DNA of 64,000 nucleotides from Octopus vulgaris (Eukaryota): NCBI GenBank assembly GCA_951406725.2, contig OX597830.1, positions 40,920,001 to 40,984,000 on the forward strand, written 5' to 3'. Numbering within the stretch: position 1 is the stretch's first letter; the number at the start of each line of letters is the position of its first letter. Positions 37,692-50,407 of this stretch are shown piece by piece. The notes under the pieces are model-generated. The model did not search any database, had not been told where the DNA came from, and saw only the letters and a program-made list of their open reading frames with translations. The translations under genes were made by a program, and so were the position numbers.

Positions 37692-38139
37692 ACCTTATAT
37701 TCAGATTGAATTTTTATTGAATATTCAAGCAAATCATACACCAGCAATAAATTTTAATTGATGGTCAGCAATCACTGCCACAAATTTTATGCATTTATTC
37801 TATCCCTGTCTAATCATACACCTTGACTTATTCTATTTCAGACTTCCATGTTACTAGATGTCATTCATTGGCATACAGCATTACTCTCTATTATAAATAC
37901 GGTTGATAATTTTGGCCAAAATTTTCCATCTTCTTTAAGCACAAATTATTGTACTTCTTATAAACCAATGGCAGAATTTGTTATTCCATTGATGCTCATG
38001 CTGTCAACTACATCATTGCATGTAATGTACTTACAGTTTTGGTTCTTTGTCAATCCTTCTTCTTTCCTACTACATCTCATGTAACCCCATTGATTACTCT
38101 GTTATGTGATAGCAAATTGATGGCTGCTTGTTTTTAAGA

Positions 38140-38345
38140 CATCACCAATGCCAGTACCAGCTGACTGGCCCTCGTGCCGGTGGCACATAAAAAGCACCCA
38201 CTACACTCTCAGAGTGGTTGGCATTAGGGAGGACATCCAGCTGTAGAAACATTGCCAGATTGGATTGGAGCCTGGTGCAGCATCCTGGCTTGCCAGCTCT
38301 CAGTCAAACCGTCCAACCCTAGCCAACATGGAAAGCAGACGTTAA

Positions 38346-38380
<35 letters not shown>
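38140..38380 (+). mobile_element. RTE 3' fragment (family C) with long (GAT)n tail
   Basis: Colinear with the 12853-13038 copy. Confidence 0.85.
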
Positions 38381-38381
<1 letters not shown>

Positions 38382-39984
38382 CTAAATTAGTTTTGAAAAT
38401 GTCTGGCTTCATAACTGTTATATCCAACCTAGTATGATCAAAAAGCTTTATCATCATCACTATGTCCACCTTTCCATCAGAAACTACAGTTGTAAGACTT
38501 TGTTTGTCTTCTAACTTTTTAGTATTCCAGATTATTCTGTCAAATGTAATACTTATATCTGTTGACATTGTTTTGAATTAATTATGCATTAGCTCGTAGC
38601 TTCAAGATGTCAATGATCAGATTGTTTATTTATAGAAAGACATTGCAGGGAAAGTGTGAAAGGCTGGATCTGGTCAGTTTGAACATAGAACGGATAGAAT
38701 ATTTGGGTTGGATATGACAGGCCTGAACACTAAATGATTAACACAGAAGTGTGTGATCTGAGAGATACTTGGTTGATATTTCTGGCAAGTGGAATGAAAG
38801 CAAAGAGATTACCACATTGGCTCATGTGATGCATTGCCAATGGTGATAATATGCCTTACGTTGTTCACATGGATATGCATTAGTGAGATACATCTGTCTG
38901 ACCACTTCTTTCATCATCTGAAACTCTATAGGTTGTGTGACAGTACTTTAAACATGGATGTTTTGTTGTTGGATGCACTTTTCAATATCCATCCACAGTA
39001 ACACATGTGGGGTGGTGGTGGTTGTGGTGGCGGCGGCGGTGGACGGAAAAGTGATTGATGATGTAGGAAAGCAGTTAATAATTCATTTGATCTATTCTAT
39101 ATAATTCATTTGAAGGTAGTAGGTTAGCTAAGTTAGTAACCTGCGTTGAGTGGATTGAAGATAGATTAAATATTGCAATATCATAGAGATAGATAGATAC
39201 ATAGATAGACAGATAGGTAGATAGATATCTAAGAAATGAGAATTCAAATATTACTCTGTCCTCTTTTTAATACATCGATATTACAATTACACACACACAC
39301 ACACACAATATTATATGAAGTGTATGTGGTTGTGTGTGTATAAATATTCTATTTTTAAACACATTTTAAACTTTGTTTAGTGACGAAAATGAAACTACAT
39401 TAGGTTGCAAAAGATGGACGAAAATTGCTTACATCAGACAATAATATTTTAGAATGCTGCCTTTGATCTGTTAATTGAATTTCAGCTGTTCCTCAGTGTT
39501 ATTCAATGTTTAGACACACAAATACGCACACACAGATGTACACACATATATACATACACACTCATACATATGTACTTATATACATGTTTATGTGTGCACA
39601 CATGCGCATGTATGTATATACATTCATATATATGTTTATACATATACATATAACTGTCTACACATATATATGTGGATGGATGGATGGATGGATGGATGTA
39701 TATATGGATAGATGTATATACATCCATATATGATGATGAGGATATATATGTGTAGATGGGCTGAATGTATGAATAATCATCATCATCATTTAAAGTCCAT
39801 TTCCCATGCTGGCGTGGGTTGGCTGGTTTCACAGGATCTGATGGGTCCAAGGAATCTTTGTCTACTTCAGCATATTTTCTACTGCTGGATGCCATTCCTA
39901 ATGCCAACTGCTTTACATGTGCTGGATGCTTTATTTAATACCACCAGCACTAACTAGTGAGGCAGCCATCATCATCATTGTCAT

Positions 39985-40555
39985 CATCATTATCGTTTAA
40001 CTTCTGCTTTCCATGCTGGTATGGGTTGGACAGTTTGATTGAAGTCTGGAAAGCCAGTGGCTGCACTAGGCTCCAGTCTGATCTGACAATGTTTCTACCG
40101 CTGGATGCCCTTCCTAATGCCAACCGCTCTGAGAGTATAGTGGGTGCTTTTTATGTACCACCAGCACTGACATCAGCCACGTTCGAATGGTGCTTTTTAA
40201 CAGGACCCAGTCAGGTGGCCCTGGCATTGACCACATTCGGATAATGCTTTTTACGTGCCACCAGCATGGGAGCCAGTCAGGGTGCATTGACATTGACCAT
40301 GTTTGGATGGTGCTTTTTACATAAATACATACAACAGACACATGCCGGACTTCCAAAACTTGATTCTACTGAGTTTGGGTGGTGGGTCTTCCTGAGAAAG
40401 ACATTTTCCACTCATCCAGGTCACTTGTCACCTCCTCCATGAGGTTCAGGGTCCTGAGATTAGTATTCACCACTTTGTCCTGTGTCTTTCTGGATCTTCA
40501 TCTTCTGCCAGCTTCATCTTTATTAAATGATTAACACTTCTTTATACAGCTGCTT
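39985..40555 (-). mobile_element. RTE 3' end with internal ~60-bp tandem repeats in the 3' UTR
   Basis: Repeated gtgctttt(t)a...gaccac(g/a)ttcggat units; ORF remnant at 40390-40555 similar to 37420-37560. Confidence 0.75.
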
Positions 40556-40595
40556 AACATTCCTTTCATCTTTCTAGGAGCAGTTTTCATTTAGA

Positions 40596-40992
40596 TTACT
40601 CTTTTACTTGTTTCAGTCATTTGACTGCAGCCATCCTGGAGCACCACCTTTAGTCAAGCAAATTGACTCCAGAGCTTATTATTTGTAAGCCTAGTACTTA
40701 TTCTATCGGTCACTTTTGCCGAACTGCTTACAAGGACATAGACACACCAGCATCGGTTGTCAAGTGATTTTGGGTGGACAAACACAGATACACAAACATA
40801 TACACACACATACATACACATTTATATACATATATGACGGGCTTCTTCCACTTTCCGTCTACCAAATCCACTCACAAGGCTTTGGTCAGCCCGAGGCTAG
40901 AGTAGAAGACACTTGCCCAATGTGCCACGCAGTGGGACTGAACCCAGGACCATGTGGTTGGTAAGCAAGCTACTTACCACACAGCCACTTCT
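40596..40992 (-). mobile_element. Full-length family B SINE
   Basis: Colinear with the 30679-31081 copy. Confidence 0.9.
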
Positions 40993-42373
40993 AGTAAAAA
41001 AAAAAAAAATCTTAAAGGTATTACAGCCATTAAGTAATGTAACATACATATTAGATGTGGGTTACGTATGCTGGGACAGGAGGAATTATGAGATGATGTG
41101 ACCTCATCATATAGCTGCCAATGAACTGCAAGGAATTTTTTTGTAAGTTTGTGCTAACAGTCTGGTAATTTGGTTTGTTTTCATTTTCATCATTTAACTT
41201 CCATTTACCATGTTGGAACAATTAGTAGCAATTATTGTGGTTAGCAAACTTCTGCTTATCCAGTTCCCTAGCCTATAATATTCGGTCTCCCATCTGCAAT
41301 ACAACTGCATTAGACATCGGGCAATGTTTGGATACATTTGAAAATATAAAAAAGCATGTCTTGTATACAGGCAAAATAGTATATCCCTTTTGTTTTTGAC
41401 AATTAGTTTCTGTCGAAAGGAAAAAAAAAATTAACCATTTTTTAGCATGGTACCGCCTACTTACAGTTAGGTCAACTCAATCACTGAGGGTGCAGTGTCT
41501 TTATTAAAAGTACACAGTGTCTTTACTTGAAGTGGCACCAGTGATAAAATACAGGGGTTCAGAACTGTCAATCAAGGGGTCTGTAGATGAGTGATTTATC
41601 AACCTCAGCCAGCTGTGATTCTGTGAATCTGTGTTAAGCTAGAATGGCGGAAAACAGAGACTAACCTGGTTTTTTTTCTTCTTTTTTTTTTGTCTTTCAT
41701 AATGCATGTGTTTGTATTTACAAAGGAAGTAGCATAATTAAATACCAGCTGGAAAAATGTCAGAACATTCAGTTTATTGTAACAAGTTCTGGTTGGGGGG
41801 AAAAAAAAGCAACAAAAAATACAAAAAACAAAAAGACAAAAACAAAACAAAACAGAAAAATAAAACAATAATCTCCACTTAACATATATGAATCTTAAAG
41901 CACAGTTGTTTACAATAAATGATCTTATTTCATTATTCATTGGGGTGGGGTTAGATTTGACGTAAGTCCCTCCCCCACTCCATCATCATCATCATCATTG
42001 CCATCGTCATCTCCGTTGTCATCATCATTATCGTTGATGTCAGTTGGAGGAAAATATTTTTCGGCTAATGAGTCATTTGCCACAACTGTTTACAAAATGT
42101 AATCTTATTAATTACATTATTCAAAGGCTAATATATGACATTAATTTCACTGCTACCGTTGTCATAGCCGTCATCATCACTAGAATCATCGCCCATCATT
42201 GCTGCTGTCCTTGTTGTTGTCGGTCATCATCACTATGGCTAGTTGCCACTCACAAGATCAGCTCCACTGCTTTCTGACCACCCCCTACCCTCTACCCATT
42301 ATAACCTCAATTCTTAATGTTATCATCATCACTATCAGAATTGTTATTATCCTCACTACCATCCTAATTGTCA

Positions 42374-42392
42374 CCACTACCAATGTCAGCAG

Positions 42393-42423
<31 letters not shown>

Positions 42424-42490
42424 ATCATCATCAGCATCACCATCATCATCATCACCACCACCCACACCATCATCACCATCACCACCACTA
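42374..42490. repeat. Compound (ACC)n/(ATC)n/(AGC)n microsatellite
   Basis: Direct inspection. Confidence 0.95.
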
Positions 42491-42813
42491 GAAAGAGAAA
42501 AGATCTCGTTCACCAGCTCATGGCAGTGCTCCAGTATGGCCACAGCCAGTGGATGAGACCAGTTAAAAAGAATCCTGATTAGTTTATTCGGTACATCTGT
42601 TTGTAGTTTGTTAGTCACAGTCCAGCTTCTCTTGACCATAGGAAAAAAACAATTTTTTAATTGAAAAAAACCCAAAAAAACATTGCAAATGATATAGAAT
42701 TTGAACCCTTGATTCTTTGGACAGTAAAACTGGACACTATGTTGTTCTATTGATTCAGCCAGCTGTGATTCTCTAAAATATTGCCTCTTCACTATTCTGA
42801 AGAGACTTTAGGA

Positions 42814-43145
42814 CAGAAGTTCTCAAACTTTTTGGGTGACCATCTCCCTTATGGCCACATAATACTCTCAGCGCCCCCACCCATATTTTTATGTATAAAT
42901 AAATATTTTATATTTTACTAATATATATATACTATTAATCATTTGATATTTAATATATTATATAATTTGTATACAATACTATAATGATGATATAAAATAA
43001 ATTCATAGCATCCCCCAATCCACTGACGTCCTCCTAATGCTTCCTTTTACTCTAACGCCTCCCCCTGCCACCGCAGGCACTGGCGCCCACCTGGACCATC
43101 TCAATACCCACCAGGGGGCAGTAGCGCCCATTTTGAGAACCTATG
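42814..43145. mobile_element. hAT MITE with 8-bp TSD
   Basis: TIRs cagaagttctcaaa / tttgagaacctatg; TSD ctttagga (42806-42813) / ctttagaa (43146-43153). Confidence 0.85.
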
Positions 43146-43228
43146 CTTTAGAATATATTTTCCCTCTTTGGATTCAATCTCTGTGAGAAATCAATAAAAG
43201 TAACTCACTGTATATATTGACATATGGT

Positions 43229-43528
43229 GGAGGTGCAATGGCCCAGTGGTTTGGGCAGCTGACTCGCGGTCGTAGGATTGCGGTTTCGATTCCCAGGCTG
43301 GGCGTTGTGAGTGTTTATTGAGCAAAAACACCTAAGGCTCCACGATGCTCCGGCAGGGGGTGGTGGCGACCCCTGTTGTACTCTTTCGCCACAATTTTCT
43401 CTCACTCTTTCTTCTGTTGGCCTGCTCGCTTAGTCAGTGGGGTGGCGTCATTTGAAGGCTAAAACAATGCGAAGCGCATTGTGACCAGCGATGTGTAGCA
43501 ACGTCTGATATCCTGGTAAATCACGGTG
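43229..43528 (+). mobile_element. tRNA-derived SINE family D with 17-bp TSD
   Basis: A box tggcccagtgg, B box gtttcgattccc; TSD atatattgacatatggt at 43212-43228 and 43529-43545. Confidence 0.92.
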
Positions 43529-44729
43529 ATATATTGACATATGGTTGATGGTAGAGAGGACATCCAGCTATGAAAGTCTTCCCTTCAATTATATATGTGT
43601 GCTCTCTGCCTTCTTTAATATTACCTGCTTTTATCTCATTCTCCTCAACTCTCTCTCTCTTACTGTCTCTCTCTCTTTCTCTCTACCCTTCCTTTCTCAC
43701 TTTCCTCTCTTGGTCTCTCTCTGTTGCTCTTTTCCCATTTCTGTCTCTCAGTTGTGATTACGATCTGCAATCTTTAACCTATATATAAAACATTATAAAA
43801 CAGGTAGTAAAAACAACCCCCCAAAAAAACAAGCAACACAATACAACCTGATGTTGATGATGATGGTGGTGACGATGATAATGCTGCTGCTGCTGCTGAT
43901 GATGATGTATTATCTAATTGTTTTCTGAAATAGATGCCATTCTGATATTATTCAAAATCTACAATTTGAGAAAGGAATTAGTCTTGTATCTTGTATCAAA
44001 TAAGCTTTGCTATTTTATTTAATTATTGCCTTGTTGTTCTTCTTCATCATGATCACAAGTATTCTGTTTATCATCATTATTGTTACCACCACCATCATCA
44101 TCATCATCATCTTCATTGTCATCATCATCGTTATTATTATTATTATCATCATCTTTCCATGGTTGCCATTAGAAGTGTTAATCTGTTTCAAATATCTTAG
44201 AAGCTATCTTATTATAATGGAATGGAAACAAATCTGTGACACTTCTAAGTGAACTGCTAATATCAACATTTCAATGGAAAAGTTGCAGTCTTAGATGAAC
44301 ACTTTGCCATCTTGAAAGTTAATTGTTAAGAAATTTCCTGTTGCTTCTGTAATCTTTAATAACAGAAAGGTTTTGAAAAAGGCTAATGTTATAGTAAAAT
44401 GTAAGAAAGAATTCATATTCCAGTTATGAGAAGGAGGAACAGAAGGAGAGAGAGTGAGGAAATGAAAGGGAGCAAGAGAAAGAGAGGAGTGAGCAAAACC
44501 AAGGGGGGAAGAGAGATGGAGGGGAGTGATAAGCCATTATCTTCATGGTGGGTGGAACAGAACTAAATAGTTTGTTTAGTTATTATTGTTATTATTTGTA
44601 TGTAGATATGTGTGCATGCATATGTGTGCATGCATATGTGTGTGTGGGTATGCACGTGTGCATGTATGCATATATATAGATGTAAATATACATACATATA
44701 TACATACATACATATATATGTATGTATTG

Positions 44730-44781
<52 letters not shown>

Positions 44782-45002
44782 TGGTGAGCATATATATATA
44801 TATGTATATATACATATATATGCATATATATATATATATGCATATATATATATATATGTATATATGTATTTATTGGTGAACATGACGGTTTACAAATAAA
44901 TATTATAATCTGTTTATTTTCTTATTTTATTTTATTCATATTTTATTATTGTTCATAAACATACATATATATGATGATTTTATATATATATGTTTAAAGT
45001 AG

Positions 45003-45047
<45 letters not shown>

Positions 45048-45917
45048 CGCACACACACAGAGGCACACATGTTTGTATGTGTATTTAAAGTAGCTCTAAC
45101 AAACAAATTTATGATAGGAAAAGGACTAGAAGACAATGTTTGGATAGATATTTGTTGTGGAACATTGTGGAAATTTGGAAAAGGCAATGGAGAGGATTTA
45201 CAATTAATGGAATGTGTTATATCTGCTATTATGTATTATTGTTATTTTATTATTATCATCATTATCATCATCATCATCATCATCATCATTATTGTTGCTG
45301 TTGTTGTTTCCCCTCCCTCTTTATTGTATCTTTTAAGTCACATGGTTACTGGTTTTTGGATTCATAAACAACTATGCTTTCCTGAGAAAAAAAATTTGGG
45401 GCTTTTTACATTTTGTGGGGTTTTTTTTTCTCTCTTCCTATTATATTAATACTGAATTCTGGATTGTTTCGAGTGGTGTTTCATTTTTGCTGGGGAAAAA
45501 GGAAGAAAAAAAAAAAAAAAAAATTATAAAACAAAAATAGAGAAAAATGCTCATTTTTTAAAATGTTTTTTGTTACCAGAAAAATTGTGTTTCAAGTTTT
45601 CCCATGAACTTCCTAGTTTTACGTGGCTTCCTGGTTGTAGTTAATTTTTTTCATTTTTCTTTTTTTTTTTTTTTTACTATTTTTAAGCATAAAATAGAAT
45701 TTTAATTTTCGGAGAAAATTTTTTACATTCATTGCATAAAACTCTTTTTAAAACAACATATATGTATATGTGTATATGTTGAAAAAAAAGAAAAGATGCC
45801 CAATGAAAGTTCCTGCTGTTATCTCCAAATTTTCATTTGGATACATATATGCATACATGCTGCCACACATATTTAAATGCATTATTTATTTACCTATACA
45901 CACACACACACTTACAT

Positions 45918-46200
45918 GTGAAGGTGCATGGCCTAATGGTTCAGGTGTTGCACTCATGACCAAGAGATTATGGGTTCGATTTCTGAACCAGGCAATATAC
46001 TGTGTCCTTGAGCAAGACATTTCCTCTTGCGATTTTCCACTATCACTTCAACATCTGATGTGTGACACATCATACCGACACTGTTGATTTGATGGCTGGA
46101 GTGAGCTTATGTGCAGCGCAGACATTTGATCATGATGCATAAATTGTATGTGCAGGTTGTTCAGCAAGGAATCGCAAAACCCTCATTCGACAAGAGCCCA
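45918..46200 (+). mobile_element. Family E SINE
   Basis: gaaggtgcatggcctaatggtt...gggttcgatt...tgtgtccttgagcaagacat. Confidence 0.8.
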
Positions 46201-46460
46201 AGATGTGTGTGTGTGTGTGTGTATTACAGCCAACGAATCTAGATAACGCACAAGACAGCCATTATGCTCCCCCTCCACAAAACACCACCACGTGGACTCT
46301 GTTGAGACTAGTAAGAAACAATTATGAACTGTTTTATTACACTTAACTTTTAAAAATATTTTTGATAAGGTTTGCTTTTTCAAGAAGAGCCGAAACATGT
46401 AAAATCGCTAAGAAAATTAAAATTTATCTTAAATAGTGGCAGTGACATTTTCAAATTTCT

Positions 46461-46492
<32 letters not shown>

Positions 46493-46679
46493 TACACATA
46501 CATACATGTGTATGGCAACATGGCCAAATGATTTTGAGGTTTGCTTTGCAATCACAAAGTGTATTGTTCAATCCTGCTATATGGCATTTTGAGCAAGTGT
46601 CTTTTACCATTGCCACAGATTGACTCAGGCCTTGTAAATTAAATTGAGTAGACAGAAACTATAAAAGCTTTTCAGATGG

Positions 46680-47180
46680 TCTATATTTCTAATTCAAAGA
46701 GTTAACCACATTTTCCCACAAAGTGTTTTCATTCATGTTGACAAACTGTCTTGCAATCTGGAACACATCACACTTCTGATTCTGTCATTGTAGAAGATCT
46801 GCAAACCTTTTCCTTTCAACTTCTGTCCATATTGGCATTGTTTCATGTTTCTTAGCTTCTCATTTTCTTTTGCTTCCAGGCCTGTATCATTGATTTTACA
46901 GCTCTATTAATGGTACCATTCCTCCCTTGTGTTACCTTCCATCTATTGCAGCCTCACACCATCCACAGATTAGGTCTGTGGCTTCTAGTACCTTGTATCC
47001 ACAGAAACTCTTAGTTTTCCTCTCTGTTATAAGTCTTTGTCTTTTCTACCTTCTCATCATTCATGTCAAGTAGCACCTCTTTGAACTTACATATGGTCAA
47101 GAGATTCTTCAGCTTCCGTGTCTTCCTTCTGTGAGTTGTCTTGTGTTTCTGGATCTGTTTAACATTTATCACAAGGTTAC
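46680..47180 (-). pseudogene. RTE LINE ORF2 remnant (endonuclease-RT linker)
   Basis: Minus-strand RKLKNLLTICKFKEVL...KVLEATDLICGW...RKRFADLL...DVFQIARQFVNMNEN, with stops and frameshifts. Confidence 0.7.
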
Positions 47181-47415
47181 CATTCACTAGCTTACATTGA
47201 GTGATACATTCTTCACTGGCAATGACTTACTATTCACAATCAAATACCTATCTTGGTGAGTAAGCAGTCTGCCTGGTATTTGGCTTGCTTGTTCACATAA
47301 GTGGTTGGTATTTAGATGGCTAGTCAGTTTCCTGAAGTTCATATTGCAAATAGTTAGGTTATTTGCATCAAGGTACACTAAGAGCCTTCAAATAATCTAC
47401 ATCTATATTTTAATA

Positions 47416-47487
<72 letters not shown>

Positions 47488-47546
47488 TACAAGTAGATTA
47501 ACAAACGGAAGTAGCACTCAACATACATAGAGTTGCATTTATTGAA

Positions 47547-47646
47547 TAACAAGTTGGCTTGACTCCTCATGTTTCTTCAAGTTTCATGGAAATGAAAAGA
47601 CGTTCCTAAAACTTTGAGTGACATGAAGAGCTAAGTCAACTTGTTA
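47547..47646. repeat. Imperfect ~39-bp inverted repeat near (TA)n
   Basis: taacaagttggcttgactcctcatgtttcttcaagtttc / aaactttgagtgacatgaagagctaagtcaacttgtta. Confidence 0.8.
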
Positions 47647-47726
47647 CCCATTTTACATATACAACCCACGCTAGCATGGAAGGTGGATGTTAACCAATGA
47701 CAATGATGATACACACATATACATGC

Positions 47727-47858
47727 ATATTCTTTTTACTATTTAGCTATCATGAATGAGTGAAAGGTCTACAGTTTTGTGTGTGGCCCTTATCATATCT
47801 ATAACAGTAGGTCCTTGAGCCATTTGGGTAGCTTTCCAGCTAAATAGTAAAGGAATAT
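47727..47858. repeat. ~21-bp inverted repeat enclosing ~90 bp
   Basis: atattctttttactatttagct / agctaaatagtaaaggaatat. Confidence 0.75.
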
Positions 47859-47927
47859 ATATATTTTCTCTTTTTTTCTGTGTTTTCTTGTTTGGATTAA
47901 CTTTATATATATATATATATATATATA

Positions 47928-48267
47928 TTTTGAGACCCCCTTTGGTCATGACACTGCATTTCTAGGATTGCACCTAGAAAGTTACCGAGGCACAAGTCCA
48001 CGCAAGGTTGTTTATGGAAGACCAGCAGTCGCCCATACATACTGGCCTCCCCTCTCCACACTACCAGTGTTATCGAAGGGAAAGGCAAGGGCCGATACAG
48101 CTTGGCACCTGTGACGTTGCAACTCATTTCTACAGCTGAATGAACTGGAGCAATGTGAAATAAAGTGTCTTGTTCAAGAACACAACATGCAGCCTGGTCC
48201 GAGATTCGAGCTCACAACCTCACAATCATAAGCTCGATGTTCAAACCACTGAGCCATACACCTTCAC
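47928..48267 (-). mobile_element. Family E-type SINE inserted in (TA)n
   Basis: Minus-strand head gtgaaggtgtatggctcagtggtt...gagctcgaatc...tgttcttgaacaagacactttatttcac. Confidence 0.85.
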
Positions 48268-48922
48268 TATATATATATATATATATATATATTCCCCTTT
48301 GCCTCTAGAGGTTTATTTCTCTTGTATGTGTGTATCATCATCGTCATTTGATGCCTAGTTTCCATTCTGGCATTGCTTATATGGTTTGAAAGGAGTTGGA
48401 AAGCTAGAAGAATTCACTGAGCTCTGCTGTCTGCTTTGGCATGGTTTCCACAGCTGGATGCCCTTCCCAACCTCAACCACTTCAGAGTAAACTGGGTGCT
48501 TTTTTATGTGACACTGATACAAGCCAGGTCATTAAGTAACTCACAAGACAAGACTCCTTAACTGTGTGGAGAGCAGTATTGGTGGAGGTGGCTTTGTGCC
48601 AGGTAATGAAAGGGTGAAGTATGATAAAGGGATAGGAACAGGGTGTCTAACTGTAGAGGAGAGACATGGGTACCCTGTTTGGAAAAGAGAGAGGAGAGAA
48701 GAGATATGGGAGAGAGAGAAAATGGTGGTGAAGATGTGTCGGGGGTGGAGACGTACCCTCATATCACAGGGAAGTGAATTTAAGTGGTACAGAGGATTCG
48801 ACTGGGTGAGTGGGCAGGTAAGTTGATGAGAGTGTGAAAAAATATGGGAAATAGAAGGGAACGAAATGTAGTGAATGGTAGACATGGGTGGAGGGAGTTT
48901 ATATATATAGCAAGTGTTAGGA

Positions 48923-48969
<47 letters not shown>

Positions 48970-49115
48970 TGTATTTTTCCCTTGTTTACAATTAACATGG
49001 AAAAAATAAATAAACAGTTACCAGGACAGCAAAAAATCAAACAAGTAATAAGGACGTAACACCCTGTTTGTAAAGGTAGAAACTCCGGGTTGATGTGAAA
49101 TATTTTGTATAATAT

Positions 49116-49339
49116 ATATAAATAAATAAATGGAGTTAAATGCAGGTGTTATTCAAATTCTTTTACTTCAGACATATGTTTCAAAGACAACATTGGTATT
49201 ATTCCCTTCCCTGATGAGAAGATTACATTGTTTTACAGCATTTTATTCTTTGGAATAATACCAATGTTGCCTTCGAAATATGTTGGAAGTAAAAGAATTT
49301 GAATAACACCTGCGTTTAACTCCATTTATTTATTTATTT

Positions 49340-49340
<1 letters not shown>
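49116..49340. repeat. Inverted repeat (arms ~49116-49205 / 49252-49340) of an HHR element 3' region
   Basis: aaatggagttaaatgcaggtgttattcaaattcttttacttc... / ...gaagtaaaagaatttgaataacacctgcgtttaactccattt. Confidence 0.95.
49206..49289 (+). ncRNA. Type I hammerhead ribozyme with long stem II, intact core
   Basis: CUUCC-CUGAUGA-GAAG..ACAUUG(...)CAAUGU..CUUC-GAAA-UAUG-U-U|GGAAG. The inverted left arm preserves the likely ancestral GAAA-CAUAUG-UC. Confidence 0.85.
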
Positions 49341-49379
<39 letters not shown>

Positions 49380-49429
49380 CTGGATTGGTTCTTTACCCAT
49401 CCATTCTTTTATCATAATTAATCTCTTTC

Positions 49430-49875
49430 TAAGGCTATGAGCTGACAGAAACGTTAGCATGTCGGGTGAAATGCTTAGTGGTATTTCATCTGCTTTTACA
49501 TTCTGAGTTCAAATTCCGCCATGGTTGACTTTGCCTTTCATCCTTTCTGGGTCGATAAATTAAGTACCAGTCGCATATTGGAGTCAATCTAATCAACTGG
49601 CCCCTTCCCCCAAAATTTCAGGTCTTGTGCCTAGAGTAGAAAAATTTATTAATCTCTTTTTAAGGCGGCAAGCTGGCAAAAGTGTTAGCACGCCGGGTGA
49701 AATGCTTACCAGTATTTTGTCTGTCTTTATGTTCTGAGTTAAAATTCCGCCGAGGTCGACTTTGCCTTTCATCATTTCGGGGTCGATAAATCAAGTACCA
49801 GTTGCATATAGGAGTCAATCTAATCAACTGCACCCCCACCAAATTTCAGGCCTTGTGTCTAGAGTAGAAAAGATT
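49430..49875 (+). mobile_element. Two tandem family A SINEs sharing a triplicated target sequence
   Basis: attaatctcttt at 49417, 49648 and 49876. Confidence 0.9.
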
Positions 49876-49919
49876 ATTAATCTCTTTCCTTTTTTAATTG
49901 AATGTTCCCCAATAAATTT

Positions 49920-50090
49920 TCTCCCTGTTATTGCTTTATGTTCGTAAACCCTTCATTTTTCACTTATGCCTATCTTTCTCCGTACCTTAACCTCCGTGTT
50001 TTCATATATCATACAAAGTATGTTGCTATCACCATATCGTATTCTCGTATCTTATCCAGTTTGTACACTCAGCTCTTCATCATTGTTGAT
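49920..50090 (-). pseudogene. Possible LINE RT-domain remnant
   Basis: LCMIYENTEVKVRRKIGISEK resembles MYxxxxxxVRxxxGxSxxF, which precedes the QG motif. Confidence 0.35.
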
Positions 50091-50354
50091 GTTTAAATAT
50101 GTTACTTTCATTTCGAGTTTATTTTGATGTTCAATCTATCTCTTGGATATCAATTTAGCAAACAGAATATTAACATAAGTTATGTTTTATACTTTTTTTT
50201 AAAGTATTTCTTTTCTATTTTCTAAGTGAAAGTCCTCATTGACTATGAACATGCTTTCTCTATATCTCTCTCTCTTTCTCATATATATATAGTGAGAGAC
50301 GGAGAGAGAAAAAGGAGTATATATATATATCTATGCATATATATATATAGAGGA

Positions 50355-50407
<53 letters not shown>

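Noticed and set aside
39985-40330. Repeat-spacer-like array (CRISPR-like)
   Set aside because: Degenerate tandem units of an RTE 3' UTR in a eukaryotic context; spacers are not unique and there are no cas genes.
42368-42556. Pro/Ser-rich ORF
   Set aside because: Derived from a trinucleotide microsatellite plus a SINE tail.
43229-43305. Possible tRNA gene
   Set aside because: It is the tRNA-derived head of a TSD-bounded SINE; no proper acceptor stem.
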